Shown here one piece after another: positions 59,778 through 64,000 of a stretch of DNA of 64,000 nucleotides (the first letter of the stretch is position 1; each line of letters starts with the position of its first letter). This stretch comes from Amphiscolops sp. MND2022 (taxonomy: Eukaryota). Below the pieces are notes generated by a model, which was not told the DNA's origin, did not search any database, and saw nothing but the letters and a program-made list of their open reading frames with translations. A program made the position numbers and the translations under genes. The DNA lies in NCBI GenBank assembly GCA_964187785.1, contig OZ076409.1, positions 31,684,001 through 31,748,000 of the forward strand, read 5' to 3'.

Positions 59778-61062
59778 GTATGTTATTTTGAAACATTTTT
59801 TCAGTGATGACCATTTTATTCGGCGCTTTTTAAAGAAGCAATTTTTTTGCGACGCAGACATGCTGAAGCGTCCACTATTGTTAATAATTTCAAGTGTATA
59901 AATTCATCAAGTATGTTTCTTGGTAGAGGGTTTTCAAGAATCGTTTAAGAACATGCACAGGACTGAAAAAAGTTGGTCGCACAGCTAGACGTGATCATAG
60001 ATACTCTTTTTGCGTTTTTTTCTGAGTAAATTCGCTGAGCAAATTCGCTGAGCAAATTTTTCCGAAACAATGTTTAGGAGTCGCAAAAATTTTCGACTAC
60101 TGATGCAATCGTACTTTTTTTCTCCCGACCTTTCAATGAAGCTTTCAAATTTCTCAAAAACTGTCCATACGATTTTATAAACTTGCCCAGTCATGCAACA
60201 CCCAAAGTTGCTACTGCGTGCGCAATGGCATCAAACTCGTATGACTGGGATCTGAGTTTGGTGAAAAAACGTTTGAAACATTTCGGAAAACTTGACAGAA
60301 ATTGCATAAAACGTTGAAAATCTGAAATTTTTGGTCATATTTGGGGTCATTCTGGGGTCTTTGGGGTCAACCAATTAAGTCCAAGAATCTCTACAAATAC
60401 ATATCGCATGATATTAATTCTACGTCAGTTGAATTCTCCGGGTGAAACCCTTTGGCTTGGATATAAATTTGGAACATGGCAAAATTTGTTTGAAAAACGC
60501 GGCTGATTTGAATATTCTCCTTTCCCATTTGACATATGGACGAAAAATAACAACTGTCTCTGTTTCTGTACATGTTTTTAAAAGCTTTGCTCTTTTTGAT
60601 CCTCAGTTCCCAAATTTTCGTTTCAGTTTTCAGTTTACCCCATTTGGAAACGACTGTCTATTTTCAAGACCGCACGAACTGCAAAGGAGTTAATTCAAAA
60701 GACCACTACCATTTCCCATTCATTCAAATACTGGGATTGACGCTCATTTCGATTGTAAATTGAAACTTGCAATGCTTGCATTTTTCTTGCAAAATGCTGA
60801 ATTGTTTCGAGAAACTTGTTTGAAAATGAAAGATGTACTTCTGGAAAAGTTTGATAGAATGATGTTATCCCAGAAAATTGTGTTCAAATGCTAGGAAATG
60901 ATCTTGGATTAACAAAAAGAGCTGGGAACGGCATACGTTGGCGCCCGCTCGATGTTCAAAAAGCAATAAAAACTTCAAATTGCTTAAGAACAAAAATGAG
61001 ACTTCCAATGCGAAAAAGTCACTCTGGGCTTGAGAAGACTTTTTTCTAACTGAAAACTGTAT

Positions 61063-61125
61063 ACAGTCAACTCCGGTTAATTCGTATCCGGACAATTCGG
61101 ACTTTCGCTTAATTCGTATGCATCT
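61063..61125 (+). mobile_element. Solo Tc1/mariner-pogo-like TIR
   Basis: TA-CAGTCAACTCCGGTTAATTCG... start typical of pogo/Tigger-type ends; partner end not found. Confidence 0.4.
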
Positions 61126-62314
61126 AAGACCTCCTTTTCGCAACAACCAAAGTGAAATTGTGAAAACGACGCGAAATAAAAAGATTCTTCAAGTTTTTTT
61201 GTTATCCCTCCACTCGCCTATTGACATAGTTTATATCTCGAAGAAATGTTCCAAATTGGCTCACAGTTCGCTTGAAGTTGTCGAAAATTATTATTTTCAA
61301 AAATTACTTCAGGTTTTTTCAGACAATAGTATTTTCTCACAAAACTATGCTATGTAGCCAAAATCTCTAGTTCTCAGCAGAAAAACAAAATATTCCCACA
61401 AAAAAGCAAAGACCATACAAATATTACTCAACGTTTGAAAACTGTTTTGGCAATTTTTGCCTTTCTGGGCATTTTATGGCATTTGAAAAAAGCATAGGAT
61501 TTTCCTACTATCTCAAAAATCTGTGAAACATGCTACCCACTAACACAAAAATTACTACAAAAATTACTTTTGACGATCGAAATTGGAAAAAATGTCTATT
61601 TTCTGAGAGCATTTTGGGCAGTTTTCGAACAAAGAACTTGAACTTTTTCTTCTAAAAAGCGTACTGGCTAGCTATTTTTAGCTTTTTTGGGTTTTTGAGG
61701 CACCTTTCATCAAAATTCTCTGAGTTTTATTTCGAAAAAGCGTACTGTGATGCTGCTGTTTTTTGTTGAACTCTGAATATTCTAGCGAACACAAACATTC
61801 CAAAAAATTGCAATAAAGTTGTCAGAAATTTTCGTAATTTTCACCTATTTAAGGGTAATGTTGCGTTTGTTTTCCGACGAAACGTTTCAGATTTTTTTCC
61901 AAAAAAGCATATCTTGGATAACTGGTTCGTTCGTCCTTGAACCTTTTGGACAAACTAACCCACAAAATTAGTCAAAAGTTTTTCATTGAAAGGTTAAAAA
62001 ATGGATTTTTTTGGAAATTTTTGACCATTTGATGTCATTTTGGGGATTATCAAAAAGTCCAAAAATCTCGACAAATACATTCGCATGAAACTAAATTTAC
62101 GGTAGTCGATTTCTGTGGGAGGACCTCCTCTAGCATTTCGGTATAATCTTCGAACAGGGGAAAAACGCGACTGAGTTAGTGATGTTTCTTTCCCTCATCA
62201 AAATCCGAACGGAAAATAATTAAAAAAGCAAACTAGGTGCCAATAGATAGAAAATTGCTTTTTATAAGTGCCAATCAAATAATTTTTTCATCAGCCACAA
62301 TTGTTATACTTTAG

Positions 62315-62487
62315 GAAGTGGACGATGTTTCAACTGCAGATGAATCTACTGCATCTGATATACATGTGGGGTCAGAGCTGCAATGTTTGCATTCCAATAA
62401 GTGGCTAGATGTGAAGGTGCTGGAAATCCATTCGCGCACCAAGAAAGTAAAAGTGCAATTCAAGCAGAAAAACAATGCCGATAAATG
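62315..62487 (+). CDS. MORC2: MORC2-like gene, exon I (Tudor/chromo-like domain)
   Basis: ctttag acceptor and tg|gtaaga donor. DIHVGSELQCLHSNKWLDVKVLEIHSRTKKVKVQFKQKNNADKW fits the beta-barrel chromo/Tudor-like domain found C-terminal of the linker in MORC2. The gene continues beyond the window. Confidence 0.75.
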
Positions 62488-62609
62488 GTAAGATTTATTA
62501 CAGAAAAACTATCGGTGTTTGCCGCTTTTAAAACCACTGAGAGCTTTTAAAATCAAATTCCAAATATTGATATGTGATTCACGAATCGCGCATCACGTAT
62601 GTGTCTGTT

Positions 62610-62745
62610 ATAAAAACTAAAACTAGCATTCATCCATCTCCAATAGCTTAGTGTTTATAATCGAGTCTAACGTTAAGGCCTAGAGGGAGTGTTTGGGGTT
62701 CACTTCTAACCAACGTCCCACAGGCTTTGTTATAACTTACTATAA
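62610..62745 (+). repeat. Diverged solo copy of the tRNA-like segment of the P2 TIR
   Basis: AACTAAAACTA...TAGCTTAGTG...GTTAAGGC...GTGTTTGGGGTTCACTTCTAACCAACGTCCC...ATAACTTAC matches 33388-33514. Confidence 0.7.
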
Positions 62746-62824
62746 CTTACAATCATTACTTAGTGATCGTAAGTGTAAAAAGTTGAATTGACAACTATAA
62801 AACCAACATCGACTAACTGAAAAT

Positions 62825-63285
62825 CAGGGACTCCGAAAAAATAATTTTTATGGAAATAATGGCCATAAATTATTTATTTTTCATCACGAAAATAAAAATT
62901 ATTTATTTTCAGATAGAGTTTAGGGAAATAATTTATTTCACATACTTGAAATAATTTCAGAAAATTTTGGCGCCTACAGAAGTGGAAAGCAAACAAAACG
63001 CGTGATCAAAATTTCTCAATTGTCGAGCAAAAAAACACACTAAAGACACATTATCACTCCAATGCACCGTTTTTATCAATAATAAAAAATTCTGGGATGC
63101 CGAATGGATTTCCTGCATAATGCAATTTGAATTTTGCTATTCAAATTGTTTTAGGAAATTTACCATTATTTCCATTATTTATTTTTTTCAAAAAGTTAGG
63201 GAAATAATTTATTTTTTGCGAAGGATTAGGGAAATTATTGATGGCTTTACGTCCATAAAATGCCATTATTTTTACGGAGTCCCTG
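62825..63285. mobile_element. hAT-type MITE
   Basis: TIRs CAGGGACTCCG / CGGAGTCCCTG with a perfect 8-bp TSD CTGAAAAT at 62817-62824 and 63286-63293. Confidence 0.92.
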
Positions 63286-64000
63286 CTGAAAATATATCAA
63301 TAAACTAAATACCTTTCAAATTGGATATGATTGAAACTATTGCGGGGAGGGAATCAATCAGGCAATTGAATAACATGAAAAATACACATTTCAACAATCT
63401 CCCCTTTGTTTCTTTCACTGCTTGAGATTAATGACAGCCTGTAAAGCAACGATCGCCGCAAATATGAAACTGTATAATTTTCTTTATTCGTTCATGAGGC
63501 GACAACGTGTGCCTAGTAATTTCACGAATATACACTTTCAATAGCGATGACATGATAGAGCATACTAACAAGCGGAATGCGAATCAAATGAATAAATTAA
63601 CAATGAATGTGTTATTCATTACACCAATCACAATGACTGATTGTAGACACATATCAATTTACGGATGTATTCCGTGAAATATCAAACGCGAGAATGCAAA
63701 CTGAGACTTTTCAGAAATGGGCCTTTATCAGTTCTCACGTTAGTGCGCATGGCTCGTTTGATACGCTCACTCGTTTCGGCTTTTATATACGATTCCCTGC
63801 ATTTATGTAGGCAATTTGTGTATGGCAACTACGTGACTGTCAACAATAGATTCAAGAACAGGTAGTTCTGAATTTTCCACCGTTGGGATGTTCGCGCTAC
63901 GGTTGAAAACAATCTGAAATGGTGTAAAACCATTTGAATTTACCAAAGAATTCTTTGCAAACACAGAATAAGCGAGTGCCTGATCTGGCGAACACTTCAG

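Overview
AT-rich invertebrate animal genomic DNA; the species cannot be determined from the sequence alone. The window lies inside one host gene on the + strand, a MORC2-type GHKL ATPase/CW-zinc-finger chromatin silencer. Nine exons (5320-62487, about 694 codons) join in frame through GT-AG introns; the gene start and end lie outside the window. Three consecutive giant introns (21.7, 12.0 and 14.8 kb) are filled with decayed Polinton/Maverick (virus-like transposon) DNA. P1 (about 11585-31461) has ATPase, capsid, protease and pPolB genes plus a 6 x 1.7 kb and a 3 x 1.04 kb internal tandem array. P2 (32962-42824) keeps both AGTAGT...ACTACT terminal inverted repeats, is flanked by a ~130-bp direct repeat instead of a 6-bp TSD, and has most of its interior replaced by a LINE. 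P3 (about 44500-53450, +) and P4 (about 54245-57020, -) carry integrase/capsid modules, and P3 also has PC4-like and possible HUH-like ORF remnants. Also present are hAT, piggyBac-like, Helentron-like, Gypsy, LINE, MITE and tRNA-derived SINE sequences. All Polinton and other TE genes are disrupted or incomplete. No CRISPR array or rRNA was seen.
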